Positions 7,365-16,230 of a stretch of DNA of 64,000 bases are shown in pieces. Position numbers and translations under genes: made by a program. A model generated the notes under the pieces. That model searched no databases, was not told the DNA's origin, and saw nothing but the letters and a program-made list of their open reading frames with translations. The stretch's first letter is position 1, and each line of letters opens with the position of its first letter. This DNA is from a virus. The DNA is taken from IMG/VR virus record IMGVR_UViG_2574180442_000002, positions 9,823 to 73,822 of that record. One strand, written 5' to 3'.

Positions 7365-7619
7365 CTATGGATGCAATGGCACGACTTCTGGGTCTGCTTC
7401 CTGATGCCCAACCATGTCCCACGCAACATGAAACGCCACAAGCGTTTGCTCCGGGTATGGCTGCGCCAACAGGTGAGAAAGCGTTTCCTGCTTCTGAAAG
7501 TTCAGTGCAGAAAGCAGTGCGGCCTGATCTGGGTTGGTCGATATGAAAGCCCGCGTCACCGATCCGATGGCCGCAAGCGCACCCATCAAGAAAGCCTTGT
7601 TGTCCAACTCTTCGTTCAT
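7365..7619 (-). CDS. Small hypothetical protein antisense to the PR operon
   Basis: Start MNEELDNKAF at 7619 after GAAAGGGG; protein-like composition; opposite strand between cro and cII-like gene. Confidence 0.55.
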   Translation of the reverse strand: MNEELDNKAFLMGALAAIGSVTRAFISTNPDQAALLSALNFQKQETLSHLLAQPYPEQTLVAFHVAWDMVGHQEADPEVVPLHP

Positions 7620-7768
7620 GTCTGCCCCTTTCGATGGCTGTGGTTGTGTAGGAGCTTCCATTGTCCTGAGAGAGCGGGCGGGCATCCCTACTGTTGCTGG
7701 CGTTCATGGGATGCCAGTTTCTAAAAAAGCAGCCTACGAAGGTAGGCGAATCTGAAAGGGCGTTCGTC

Positions 7769-8233
7769 ATGCGCAGACCGATCAAGCATTCACACCGCGC
7801 GTTGTTCCTGGCGCTCCAGGCCGACGCCAAGGAATACCCCGGCGGCGTCCGCGCCATCGCGGAAGCGATGGGCATAAACGGGAACACGCTGGCGAACGGC
7901 ATCAACCCCGACCACGACGCGCCGCCGCCCAGCTTCGGCGTCATCCTCGAAATCGTCATCGTGGCCCAGGCCCGGCGGACTGTGTTCGCGCTGGCGCATC
8001 TCGTCGGCCAGGTGCCGATGGACTTTGAGCTGGAGCCGCGCGAGCCGGCCGAGGCGGTGCGCCTGTTCCTGTCGCTGGTGTCGTCGGCGTCGGAGCTGCT
8101 GGGCGTGGGTTCCGAGGCTGCCAAGGACGGCCGTTTCTGCGCGGATGAGCGTCGCGCCCTCGAACCCCTGTTGCTGGCGCTGATGAAGGCCACGGGCGAA
8201 CTGCTGCAAGCCATTCGCGGGGGTGCGCTATGA
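7769..8233 (+). CDS. CII-like (YmfL/CP76-type) phage regulatory protein
   Basis: YPGGVRAIAEAMGINGNTLANGINPDHD...P motif; position after cro. Confidence 0.75.
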   Translation: MRRPIKHSHRALFLALQADAKEYPGGVRAIAEAMGINGNTLANGINPDHDAPPPSFGVILEIVIVAQARRTVFALAHLVGQVPMDFELEPREPAEAVRLFLSLVSSASELLGVGSEAAKDGRFCADERRALEPLLLALMKATGELLQAIRGGAL

Positions 8234-8460
8234 ACCAATGCGACCGACTGCTGGAGCGGCTGAAGCGCGGCCCCATCACGCCGCTGGAGGCGTGGAGCGA
8301 ACTGGGTATCTATCGTCTGGGTGCGCGCGTCTATGACCTGAAGGAACAGGGGCACGACATCGCCAAGGATCTGGTTGCCGTGCGCAATCGAAACGGCGAA
8401 GAGTGCCGGGTGGCGCAATACAGGCTGGTGCCAGCCGCCGAGCGGAGGGCGTCACGATGA
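8230..8460 (+). CDS. Winged-helix (HTH_39-like) phage protein
   Basis: ITPLEAWSELGIYRLGARVYDLKEQGHDI motif. Confidence 0.75.
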   Translation: MNQCDRLLERLKRGPITPLEAWSELGIYRLGARVYDLKEQGHDIAKDLVAVRNRNGEECRVAQYRLVPAAERRASR

Positions 8461-9323
8461 AGCACGACGAACTCGCTAACGACCTGGCGCAGCACCTGCG
8501 CGAAAGAACGGGGCGCATTGTCTGGACTGATATGCAGCTCGGCCCGGTAGGTTCCCCGCGCCCCGACGCCTACAGCATCGAGCCGTCGTTCACGAAATTC
8601 AGGCCCATGGCTTATGAGGTGAAGGTTTCGCAGTCGGATTACCGGCGCGACATCACGGCAGGGAAGTGGCAGACCTATCTGCCGTTCGCCGCCGGCGTGA
8701 TTTTCGCTGTCCCTGCTGGTCTGGTTGAACGATCGGCCTTGCCCGAAGGCTGCGGGCTGATTGTCCGCAATGCGGATGGATGGCGAACCATCAAGGCGCC
8801 GACCTTGCGGCCTATCGAGACGCTGCCACATACGGCATGGGTCAAGCTGTTCATCGACGGCATGAGGCGCGAGGTTGCCCGCCTGCTGGCCGAGAAGCGC
8901 CCGGAACTGGCAGATGAGTGGTCGATGCGTCGCAAGATCGGCCAGCGACTTGGCAACGATGTGCGCAATGTTCTCGACGACAGGGCGACCGCAGAGAACC
9001 GCTACAAGCATGAGACGCAGCGCCTGCTCGATGTCACGGAAGGAATTTCCAAAGAAGTCAGGGAGCAAGAGCAGCGGATACGGCAGCGCATGGAAAGGGA
9101 TTCTGCCGCAATTGACGCGGTGCGTGCCGAGCTGGCCCAGGCCCTGGGGCTGCCGGCCAATGCCAACGTGGGCCGCATACAGATGGCTGCCGCCGAGCAG
9201 GCGCTTCGCTTGTCGCAGGACGGCGAAGTGCAGGGCTTGCGGCATGCGCTGTCAATGACCCAGCGGGCGCTTTCAGAGGCACTGTCTGTGCCTGCCCTAG
9301 CTCTTGGAGGGCAGGCGACATGA
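8457..9323 (+). CDS. MmcB-like PD-(D/E)XK nuclease with C-terminal coiled coil
   Basis: RPDAY...AYEVKVSQSDYRRD...KWQTY motif; start MKHDELA at 8457. Confidence 0.7.
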   Translation: MKHDELANDLAQHLRERTGRIVWTDMQLGPVGSPRPDAYSIEPSFTKFRPMAYEVKVSQSDYRRDITAGKWQTYLPFAAGVIFAVPAGLVERSALPEGCGLIVRNADGWRTIKAPTLRPIETLPHTAWVKLFIDGMRREVARLLAEKRPELADEWSMRRKIGQRLGNDVRNVLDDRATAENRYKHETQRLLDVTEGISKEVREQEQRIRQRMERDSAAIDAVRAELAQALGLPANANVGRIQMAAAEQALRLSQDGEVQGLRHALSMTQRALSEALSVPALALGGQAT

Positions 9324-9826
9324 ATGTTTTGTTTGAAACTGGTGCCGCTGGTTCCGAGGCCACATCACACGACTGGCTGACTCCGCCGGAGATTCTGGCT
9401 CCCCTTGGTGAATTTGATCTTGACCCCTGCGCCAGCGAGTTTCAGCCGTGGCGCACGGCAAAGCAGCAGCTCACGATCCGCGACGATGGCCTGGCGCATG
9501 AATGGGCTGGTCGCGTCTGGTGCAACCCGCCATACGGCCCGCATGCGGCTGAATGGCTGGCGCGGTGCGCAGCCCATGGCGATGCGATTGCCCTGGTGTT
9601 CGCCCGTACCGAAACCGCGTCCTTTCACGAGCACGTCTGGCCCAAGGCCGACGCGCTGCTGTTCCTGCGCGGGCGAATCAAGTTTCACCTTCCTGGTGGG
9701 CGGCGGGCAACCAGTAATGCTGGCGCGCCGTCTGTTCTGGTCGCGTTCGGCAAGGCCAACGCTGACGTTCTGGATTCCTGCGGCTTGGCGGGTGCATTCG
9801 TACCGCTGCGGGAGGCCAGGGAATGA
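9320..9826 (+). CDS. Phage DNA N6-adenine methyltransferase (Dam-type phage family)
   Basis: WLTPPE, FDLDPC, VWCNPPYG, FARTET motifs. Confidence 0.85.
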   Translation: MNVLFETGAAGSEATSHDWLTPPEILAPLGEFDLDPCASEFQPWRTAKQQLTIRDDGLAHEWAGRVWCNPPYGPHAAEWLARCAAHGDAIALVFARTETASFHEHVWPKADALLFLRGRIKFHLPGGRRATSNAGAPSVLVAFGKANADVLDSCGLAGAFVPLREARE

Positions 9827-11049
9827 CGGAACAAATCAAACACCTGTCGGCTGAAGCGGTCATGGCGCCGTTCGTTGGCCGCGACCGCCTGACGAATCGT
9901 GAGTTGTTCGGCCAGCTTGCGCTACAGCTTGACCTGCCGGAGAGCGTTCTTGATGCCCGTTCGCCTGTTGGCAAGTCGGGCAAAGAGTGCAACCTGTTCG
10001 AGCGCAAGGTGCGCTGGCATCAGCAGACGCTGAAGCGCCTGGGTGTCCTGGAGCGAGTGGATCGAGGAACCTGGAGGTTGAGCGGGGAGGCGCAAAAAGA
10101 GCTGACGCCCGCGCCCAAGCGTTCCGTCCTGCTGGCCTTTTCAACGGGCTTGGGGTGCGCCCTGTGGGCAAGTGCGGAAGACGTTTTCAGCGGCCTGGGG
10201 GAAGAAATAACCCTGGCCTTCACGTCGCCGCCGTACCCGCTGGCAAAGCAGCGCGCATACGGCAACGTTGACCAATCGGCCTATATCGACTGGCTGCTAC
10301 CGATCATGGAGCCGGTCGTAAAGAGCCTGCGGCCAGGCGGGAGCATCGTTCTGAACGTCGGCAACGATATTTTCATGCCCGGTTCCCCAGCAAGATCGCT
10401 GTACGTTGAGCGGCTGACGCTGGCTCTGCACGACAGCCTGGGGCTTCACCTCATGGAGCGCTTTGTCTGGCACAACCCGACGAAGCCACCCGGCCCCGTT
10501 CAGTGGGCGTCCATCAAGCGAGTGCATCACAACACGGCCTACGAGCATGTCCTGTGGTTCACCAATGACCCAGAGCTGGTGCTGGCCGACAACCGCCGGT
10601 GCCTGCAAGAGCACAAAGAGAAGCACAGGCGCTTCGTGGAGTCTGGCGGCGTGAAGCGGTACGCAAGGAACACCGGCGGCGCATACACGCTGCGAGAGGG
10701 CAGCTTTGGCGCGCACACCGAGGGCGCAATAGCCCGGAACGTGCTGACTATCCCGCACCGATGCCCCGACCAGCAGCCTGCGCGTGATTTCGCCTCTGCC
10801 AATGGCCTGCAAGCCCATCCGGCGCTGATGCCGGTGAGGCTGGCGGAGCACTTTGTTCGATTCCTGTCCGAAACAGGAGATTTGATTGTTGACCCGTTCG
10901 GTGGCTGGGCCACAACGGGCCGTGGCGCCGAGCTGAATGGCAGGCGCTGGCTTGTCACCGAACGATGCCGGGAATACCTGATGGCTGCTGCGCAGCGTTT
11001 CAGGGATGCGCCTGGCTTCTATTCGCCGATGGAGTGCAGCAATGCGTGA
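9823..11049 (+). CDS. Beta-class amino-methyltransferase (SPPY, probably N4-cytosine) with N-terminal winged-helix extension
   Basis: FTSPPY, HPALMP, DPFGG.ATTG motifs; about 90-aa N-terminal extension ending KVRWHQQTLKRLGVLERVDRGTWRL resembling Mrr_N. Confidence 0.85.
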   Translation: MTEQIKHLSAEAVMAPFVGRDRLTNRELFGQLALQLDLPESVLDARSPVGKSGKECNLFERKVRWHQQTLKRLGVLERVDRGTWRLSGEAQKELTPAPKRSVLLAFSTGLGCALWASAEDVFSGLGEEITLAFTSPPYPLAKQRAYGNVDQSAYIDWLLPIMEPVVKSLRPGGSIVLNVGNDIFMPGSPARSLYVERLTLALHDSLGLHLMERFVWHNPTKPPGPVQWASIKRVHHNTAYEHVLWFTNDPELVLADNRRCLQEHKEKHRRFVESGGVKRYARNTGGAYTLREGSFGAHTEGAIARNVLTIPHRCPDQQPARDFASANGLQAHPALMPVRLAEHFVRFLSETGDLIVDPFGGWATTGRGAELNGRRWLVTERCREYLMAAAQRFRDAPGFYSPMECSNA

Positions 11050-12040
11050 TTACTCAAAGGTCGGCCCGAAGTTCTGGATTGGAGCCACTGGCAAGCGGCT
11101 GCGGACAGCGGGCGTGGAGGCGCAGATCGTCGCCATGTACCTGCTGACCAGCCCACACGCCAACATGCTGGGCCTGTATTACTGCCCTGAAATGTTCATT
11201 GCGCACGAGACTGGATTGGGCTTGGAAGGGGCTTCAAAGGGGCTTCAAAGGGCCATCGAAGCGGGGTTTTGTGAGTATGACGAGGCTTCGGAGGTGGTGT
11301 GGGTGATCGAAATGGCTTCGTACCAGATCGGGGACGCACTCAAACCCAATGATTTGCGTGTAAAGGGGGTGCAGAACGAGTACGGATCACTGCCCGATAA
11401 CCCTTATTTGGTGCGGTTTTACGAGAAATACAAGGACGCTTTCTGCATGTCCGTATGCAGGGGAAAACAAAGCCCCATGGAAGCCCCTTCTAAGCCCCTA
11501 CGAAGCCAAGAACAGGAACAGGAGAAAGAACAGGAACAGGAGAAAGAAATACAGGGCGCTTCCGCGCCCCGCACCCCAGATTCCGATTCTGCCGATGGCG
11601 TCGTGGCTGAAAACCCGGACGCCCCTGCTGCTGACGGCGAAACCCGTCCGGGGGCTGGGCCTGCCGGACAGGTCGCCGGACAGGTCGGCGATGGCGCGGG
11701 TAGCCCTGCCGACGACAGCTTGCCGCGCGCCCTGGGCGTCCGTGAGCTGGTGGCAGAGGGCGTCGAGCGCCAGCACGCGCTGGACTGGCTGAAGGTGCGC
11801 AAGGAGAAGAAGGCCCCCCTGACGCCGACCGCATGGGACGACGTGAAGGGCGAAGCCAAGAAGGCCGGCCTCACACCTGCCGAGGCGGTGAAGGTGTCCG
11901 CGACGAACTCGTGGCAGGGCTTCAAGGCGAAGTGGTACGCCCGCCTCCAGCAGGAAGGCCAGTCCATGCCGCCGCCCACGCGCAGCACCGCCCACGGCGG
12001 ATTCGATCAACGCGATTACGGAACTGGAGGCCGCCTGTGA
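11042..12040 (+). CDS. Replication initiator (lambda O-like)
   Basis: Start MRDYSKVGPKFW at 11042; internal QE-repeat linker and iterons; C-terminal helical domain; upstream of DnaC-like gene. Confidence 0.8.
   Translation: MRDYSKVGPKFWIGATGKRLRTAGVEAQIVAMYLLTSPHANMLGLYYCPEMFIAHETGLGLEGASKGLQRAIEAGFCEYDEASEVVWVIEMASYQIGDALKPNDLRVKGVQNEYGSLPDNPYLVRFYEKYKDAFCMSVCRGKQSPMEAPSKPLRSQEQEQEKEQEQEKEIQGASAPRTPDSDSADGVVAENPDAPAADGETRPGAGPAGQVAGQVGDGAGSPADDSLPRALGVRELVAEGVERQHALDWLKVRKEKKAPLTPTAWDDVKGEAKKAGLTPAEAVKVSATNSWQGFKAKWYARLQQEGQSMPPPTRSTAHGGFDQRDYGTGGRL
11226..11548. repeat. Putative replication origin: 11-bp periodic iterons and 18-bp tandem repeat
   Basis: aaggggcttca x2 (11226-11247); inverted aagcccc at 11470, 11481, 11492 and partial 11503; aagaacaggaacaggaga x2 (11508-11543). 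Confidence 0.7.
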
Positions 12041-12816
12041 AAGCCATCGCCGACCTGGGGTTGCATGCCCCGCCCAAAACCCAAATCGCCGTGTGCGAGA
12101 AGCACGGCGAGTACGAGAGCCGTTGCTTCCTGAGCAATGTCTGGACGAAGTGCCCGGCGTGTAGCGCTGAGGCTGTCGCCAAAGAGCGCGAAGCCGAAGA
12201 AGCAAAGGTGCGCGCCGAGCGCATGGCCGCCTGGCAGCGCAAGATCGGCGACGCCGGCATCCCCGAGCGGTTCCGCGACCGTCGGCTGGAAACCTACGTG
12301 GCCCGCACCGAGGGGCAGCGCCGCGCCTTGGCGTTCGCCCGGAGCTACGCCGACGGCTTCGACGCTGCCCTGAAGACCGGCCGCTCCGCGCTGTTCATCG
12401 GCAAGCCCGGCACGGGCAAGACGCACCTGGCCGTGGGCATCGGGTTGCAGATCATGGAGCGCGACAGCCGTAGCGTGCTGTTCATGACCGTCATGCGTGC
12501 GGTGCGCCGGGTGAAAGACACCTGGGGGCGCAACAGCACGCAAAGCGAGAGCGAGGCCATCGCGTCGCTGGTGTTCCCCGACCTGCTCATCCTCGACGAG
12601 GTGGGCGTCCAGTTCGGCAGCGACGCCGAGCGGCTGATTCTGTTTGACGTGCTCAACGAGCGGTACGAGAAGCGCCGTCCGACGCTGCTGCTGTCGAACT
12701 TCACCCGCGACGAGGTGCAGGCGTTCCTGGGCGAGCGCATCTTCGACCGCCTGCGCGAAGACGGCGGCGAGTTCATCCCGTTCGACTGGGAGAGCCACCG
12801 GGGAGGCATGGCGTGA
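12037..12816 (+). CDS. DnaC/IstB-like AAA+ helicase loader
   Basis: GTG start at 12037; CEKHG...CPAC zinc motif, Walker A GKPGTGKT, Walker B LLILDEVG, PTLLLSN. Confidence 0.9.
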   Translation: MKAIADLGLHAPPKTQIAVCEKHGEYESRCFLSNVWTKCPACSAEAVAKEREAEEAKVRAERMAAWQRKIGDAGIPERFRDRRLETYVARTEGQRRALAFARSYADGFDAALKTGRSALFIGKPGTGKTHLAVGIGLQIMERDSRSVLFMTVMRAVRRVKDTWGRNSTQSESEAIASLVFPDLLILDEVGVQFGSDAERLILFDVLNERYEKRRPTLLLSNFTRDEVQAFLGERIFDRLREDGGEFIPFDWESHRGGMA

Positions 12817-12938
12817 TCGAGACGATCTTCCTGGCCGTCGTGGGCGGCCTGCTGCTGGTGGCAGGCCTGCTGGGCCTCGTCGTGTCGGCCCTGGCTGCCG
12901 CGTACCGCCGCGAGCGCGACGAATGGGAGGGCGACTGA
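12813..12938 (+). CDS. Small single-TM protein
   Basis: Manual translation IETIFLAVVGGLLLVAGLLGLVVSAL...; coupled overlaps on both sides. Confidence 0.5.
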   Translation: MIETIFLAVVGGLLLVAGLLGLVVSALAAAYRRERDEWEGD

Positions 12939-13411
12939 TGGACGTGGTGCTGGTCAAGACCCCCAACGGCGCGCTGGCACCGGCCGACGAAGAAGCCCGC
13001 GCGCTGATCGAGAAGCTGAAGGCCGGCCAGGGCGTGCGCGCCACCATCCGCCGCGCCCGCAACGTCAAGTTCCACCGCAAGGCGTTCGCCCTGTTCAAGC
13101 TGGCGTTCGACGTGTGGGAGCCGGTGACGCCGCTGGAGTACCAGGGCCTGCCCGTCGCCAAGGACTTCGACCGCTTCCGCAAGGACATGACCATCCTGGC
13201 CGGCTTCTACAAGGCCGTTTACAACGCGCGCGGCGAGGTGCGGCTGGAGGCGGAAAGCCTGTCGTTCGCCGCCATGAGCGAAGAGCGGTTCGAGACGGTG
13301 TTCCGGGCTGTGCTGACCGTGGTGTGGAACCGCGTGCTGAAGGCCGCCGGCTACGCCAGCGAGGAAGAAGTCGAGCGCGTCGTCAATGAGCTGATGAGGT
13401 TCGACCAATGA
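12938..13411 (+). CDS. DUF1367/NinB-like phage protein
   Basis: RNVKFHRKAFAL...FDRFRKDMTILAGFY...SLSFAAMSEERFE pattern. Confidence 0.7.
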   Translation: MDVVLVKTPNGALAPADEEARALIEKLKAGQGVRATIRRARNVKFHRKAFALFKLAFDVWEPVTPLEYQGLPVAKDFDRFRKDMTILAGFYKAVYNARGEVRLEAESLSFAAMSEERFETVFRAVLTVVWNRVLKAAGYASEEEVERVVNELMRFDQ

Positions 13412-13710
13412 AGCGCGCCGCCACCGCCGCCGAGAAGCGCCACATGGGCCGCGTGGCCGCCCTGGGCTGCATCCTGTGCGATCACCTGGGCTTGGGCGCC
13501 ACGCCGGCGCAGGTTCACCACGTCCGCGAAGACCAGGGCGGCGCCCAGCGCGCCAGCAACTACCTGACCGTGCCCCTGTGTCCCGAGCACCACACCGGCA
13601 AGACCGGCCTGCATGGGCTGGGCACCAGAGCCTTCGAGCGCACCTACGGCCTTTCCGAACTCGACCTGCTGGCCCTGACCCTCGAACGACTGGAGGGCGG
13701 ATGCCGATAG
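13408..13710 (+). CDS. Ref-like HNH recombination-enhancement nuclease
   Basis: GCILC...QVHH...VPLCPEHH motif. Confidence 0.75.
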   Translation: MKRAATAAEKRHMGRVAALGCILCDHLGLGATPAQVHHVREDQGGAQRASNYLTVPLCPEHHTGKTGLHGLGTRAFERTYGLSELDLLALTLERLEGGCR

Positions 13711-13922
13711 CCCAGAAGACCGTCCGCTGCATCGACTGCGCCCACTACCGAATGAAGGACGCCGGGCAAATGGGGCGTCTCGGTTTCGGTCTGTGCGCCA
13801 AGAGCACCAGCACGGCCACGTTCGAGAGTTCGACGTATCCCCGGCAGTGTCCGATGTTCGGCCCGGCGGCTGAAAACGTGAAGGCTGCCAGGCTGGACTG
13901 GCTCAACGGGTGCAGGGGGTGA
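13701..13922 (+). CDS. Small Cys-rich hypothetical protein
   Basis: MPIAQKTVRCIDCAHY...LC...C; overlaps neighbours. Confidence 0.55.
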   Translation: MPIAQKTVRCIDCAHYRMKDAGQMGRLGFGLCAKSTSTATFESSTYPRQCPMFGPAAENVKAARLDWLNGCRG

Positions 13923-13924
13923 CG

Positions 13925-14365
13925 ATGGCGAACGCATTGCGATGGAGCGAAGAGCAGTTGGCCGCCCACCTGCGCCGTAACCCGGCGCCGGAGGCCGCAC
14001 CGTTGCCCCAGGCCCAGCCGGAGGCGGCCTGCACGTACACGGCGCCCACGGAAAACCCGGCCATGAACAAGACAGAGGCCGAATACGCCGGGATGCTGGA
14101 AGCCCAGCGCCTGGCCGGTTCGGTTCTGGCGTGGCAGTACGAGGCTGTCACGCTCAAGTTGGCGCACAACACCCGCTACACGCCTGATTTCATGGTTGTG
14201 GCGGCTGATGGCGCCCTGGAGTTCCACGAAACCAAGGGCGGTTTCATTCGTGAGGATGGTTGGTTGAAGCTGAAGATGGCGGCATCCATGTTCCCGTTCC
14301 GTTTTTTTCTGTGCCAGAAGGCGGCAAAGAAGGATGGTGGCGGCTGGTCGATAAAGAGGATTTAG
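13925..14365 (+). CDS. DUF1064-like PD-(D/E)XK nuclease (putative resolvase)
   Basis: MNKTEAEY...YEAVTLKL...RYTPDF...ETKG motif. Confidence 0.7.
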   Translation: MANALRWSEEQLAAHLRRNPAPEAAPLPQAQPEAACTYTAPTENPAMNKTEAEYAGMLEAQRLAGSVLAWQYEAVTLKLAHNTRYTPDFMVVAADGALEFHETKGGFIREDGWLKLKMAASMFPFRFFLCQKAAKKDGGGWSIKRI

Positions 14366-14367
14366 GA

Positions 14368-15000
14368 ATGGCAGAAAGAAAATCGGCACCCAACACGCGC
14401 ATGGAGCAGGCGGCAGCGGTGAGAACCATCGGAGCGCGGATGCGGCAGGCCAGAGAGCTGTGCAACCTGTCGCAGAGCGCGGCGGCCAAGCGCCTGGGCT
14501 ACAGCAACAGCTCGAAGCTGTCCAAGGTGGAGGGGGCGACGGACACCAACAGCGTACCGCTGTGGCTCATCACGAGGGCCGCCAAGGTGTACGACGTGTC
14601 CGTGGATTTTCTTTTCGGCGTGAACGATGACTGGGAAACCGGCGCGCGCATGACGCAAGAGCGCGAGGTTTCCGCCTGGTTGTGGGAGGCGATGGAAAAA
14701 GCGCGGCTGCGGGACGTGGCGACTCTGAAAAAATTACACGACAAGCTCGAAGCCATGGGGGAGTCCACCGCGATGATGCTGGAAACCACGGGCGATGCTT
14801 CGGCGGCGCTGGCCCGGTTCATCGAACTGAACCCAGGATTCGAGGACATGCCGGGCGGCGCGCGGCTGATGAGTTCCGTCGGGCGGGCGAACGGCGCGGC
14901 AAAGGGGGTGAAGGTCAAGCTGGAGCGGTTCAGGATGGAATGCAAGATGGCCGCAAGCGATACCCTACAGCAAAGCCTGCCCCTGTGGGATGAGGATTGA
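14368..15000 (+). CDS. XRE-family HTH regulator, candidate late-gene activator
   Basis: IGARMRQARELCNLSQSAAAKRLG...LSKVE HTH_3 motif; directly upstream of and overlapping terminase small subunit. Confidence 0.8.
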   Translation: MAERKSAPNTRMEQAAAVRTIGARMRQARELCNLSQSAAAKRLGYSNSSKLSKVEGATDTNSVPLWLITRAAKVYDVSVDFLFGVNDDWETGARMTQEREVSAWLWEAMEKARLRDVATLKKLHDKLEAMGESTAMMLETTGDASAALARFIELNPGFEDMPGGARLMSSVGRANGAAKGVKVKLERFRMECKMAASDTLQQSLPLWDED

Positions 15001-16228
15001 TTGTATGGCAGCAAGACCAAAGCTGACGCCCGAAGAGTGGGCGAAGGCGCGAAAGCACTGGGAGAGCGATTCACGCGACGGATACGCATGGCTGATTGCC
15101 GAGCTGGAGTTGCCCGTGTCGGGGCCAGCCGTGCGCAAGACGGCGTTGCGTGATGGATGGACGAAGGCGGAAGGGGCGGTAGCGGCAGAGAAGCCAGAGG
15201 CACCAGCCAAGGTAGAGGCCAAGCCAGCCACCAAGAGGGCGGCAGCAAAGAAGGTAGCAGCGAAGAAGGTTGCCGCCAGGGGCGCCAGCACCCAGATAGC
15301 CGCCAAGCAAGCAAGCAAGGTTTCCAAGGTTTCCGAGAACCATAAGGTTTCCGAAACCATGAGCAAGGCGAAAACCATAGAAACCTTGCCCACGACAACT
15401 TTGGACTCTCTGGAGGAAGACCCCGACCAGTTTGGGGTGCTGGAAGACCTGACCGATATGCAGGAAGTTTTCGTCCGGGAATACATGGTGGACTGGAATG
15501 GCACCAAGGCCGCAATCAGGGCAGGGTACAGCCCGAAGAGCGCATCAGAGATTGCTTACCAGCTCCTACAAAAAACTCCAGTCAGGGATGCGATACAGGC
15601 GCTGGCGTCAGTGCGCGCCCGCCGTCTTGGCATAGACGCGGACGGGGTGATGATGATGTGGGCGGCCATCATCGAGCTGGACGCCAACGAGCTTTCGCAA
15701 CTGCGCCGGGTGTGCTGCCCGTACTGCCATGGAGAGAACCATGAGCGCCAGTACACGCCGTCTGGATTGGAGGGTGCAAGGCTGAAGCATGAGCGGGAGC
15801 GTCAGCGCCGCCTGAAGGCTGACCAGAACGATGACATCGGCGACTTCCCGGAATATGAAGGGGAGTGGTACGACAAGCGCCTGCCGCCAGCCGAGGATTG
15901 CCCGGAGTGCCACGGCGAGGGAGTGGAAGAGGTCTGGTTTGCGGATACGCGCCACCTGTCGCCTGCTGCCCGTCTGGCGTACTCCGGCGTGAAGGTGGGC
16001 CGTGATGGCATTGAGGTGCTGACCATGAGCAAGGAGAAGGCAGCGGACAACCTTGCCCGCGCGCTGGGGTTGTTCAAAGACAAGGAGGCTGATGTCAACA
16101 TCAACATGGTTGCCAGTGAAGACCTGTACCGCGTGTTCGATGAGAAGATGCAGGCCGCCCGCGAGCGCCAGGCGCGAATCATGGAAGAGCGCGGCATGCT
16201 TAATGATGGCCGGGGAGGGGGCGAGTAG
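14990..16228 (+). CDS. pacA: Terminase small subunit, P1 PacA-like
   Basis: LTDMQEVFVREYMVDWNGTKAAIRAGYS terminase-small motif; CPYCHG/CPECHG zinc pair; Ala/Lys-rich linker; precedes large subunit. Confidence 0.85.
   Translation: MRIDCMAARPKLTPEEWAKARKHWESDSRDGYAWLIAELELPVSGPAVRKTALRDGWTKAEGAVAAEKPEAPAKVEAKPATKRAAAKKVAAKKVAARGASTQIAAKQASKVSKVSENHKVSETMSKAKTIETLPTTTLDSLEEDPDQFGVLEDLTDMQEVFVREYMVDWNGTKAAIRAGYSPKSASEIAYQLLQKTPVRDAIQALASVRARRLGIDADGVMMMWAAIIELDANELSQLRRVCCPYCHGENHERQYTPSGLEGARLKHERERQRRLKADQNDDIGDFPEYEGEWYDKRLPPAEDCPECHGEGVEEVWFADTRHLSPAARLAYSGVKVGRDGIEVLTMSKEKAADNLARALGLFKDKEADVNINMVASEDLYRVFDEKMQAARERQARIMEERGMLNDGRGGGE
15317..15387. repeat. Candidate pac site: clustered AAGGTTTCC and GAAACC repeats within pacA
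   Basis: aaggtttcc at 15317, 15326, 15344; palindrome ggtttc-c-gaaacc 15346-15358; further g(a)aacc at 15370 and 15380. Confidence 0.5.
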
Positions 16229-16230
16229 GA

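Noticed and set aside
14049-14090. CGGAAAA copies at 14049 and 52056 as late promoters
   Set aside because: No -10-like hexamer at the 29-nt spacing; both are inside coding regions.
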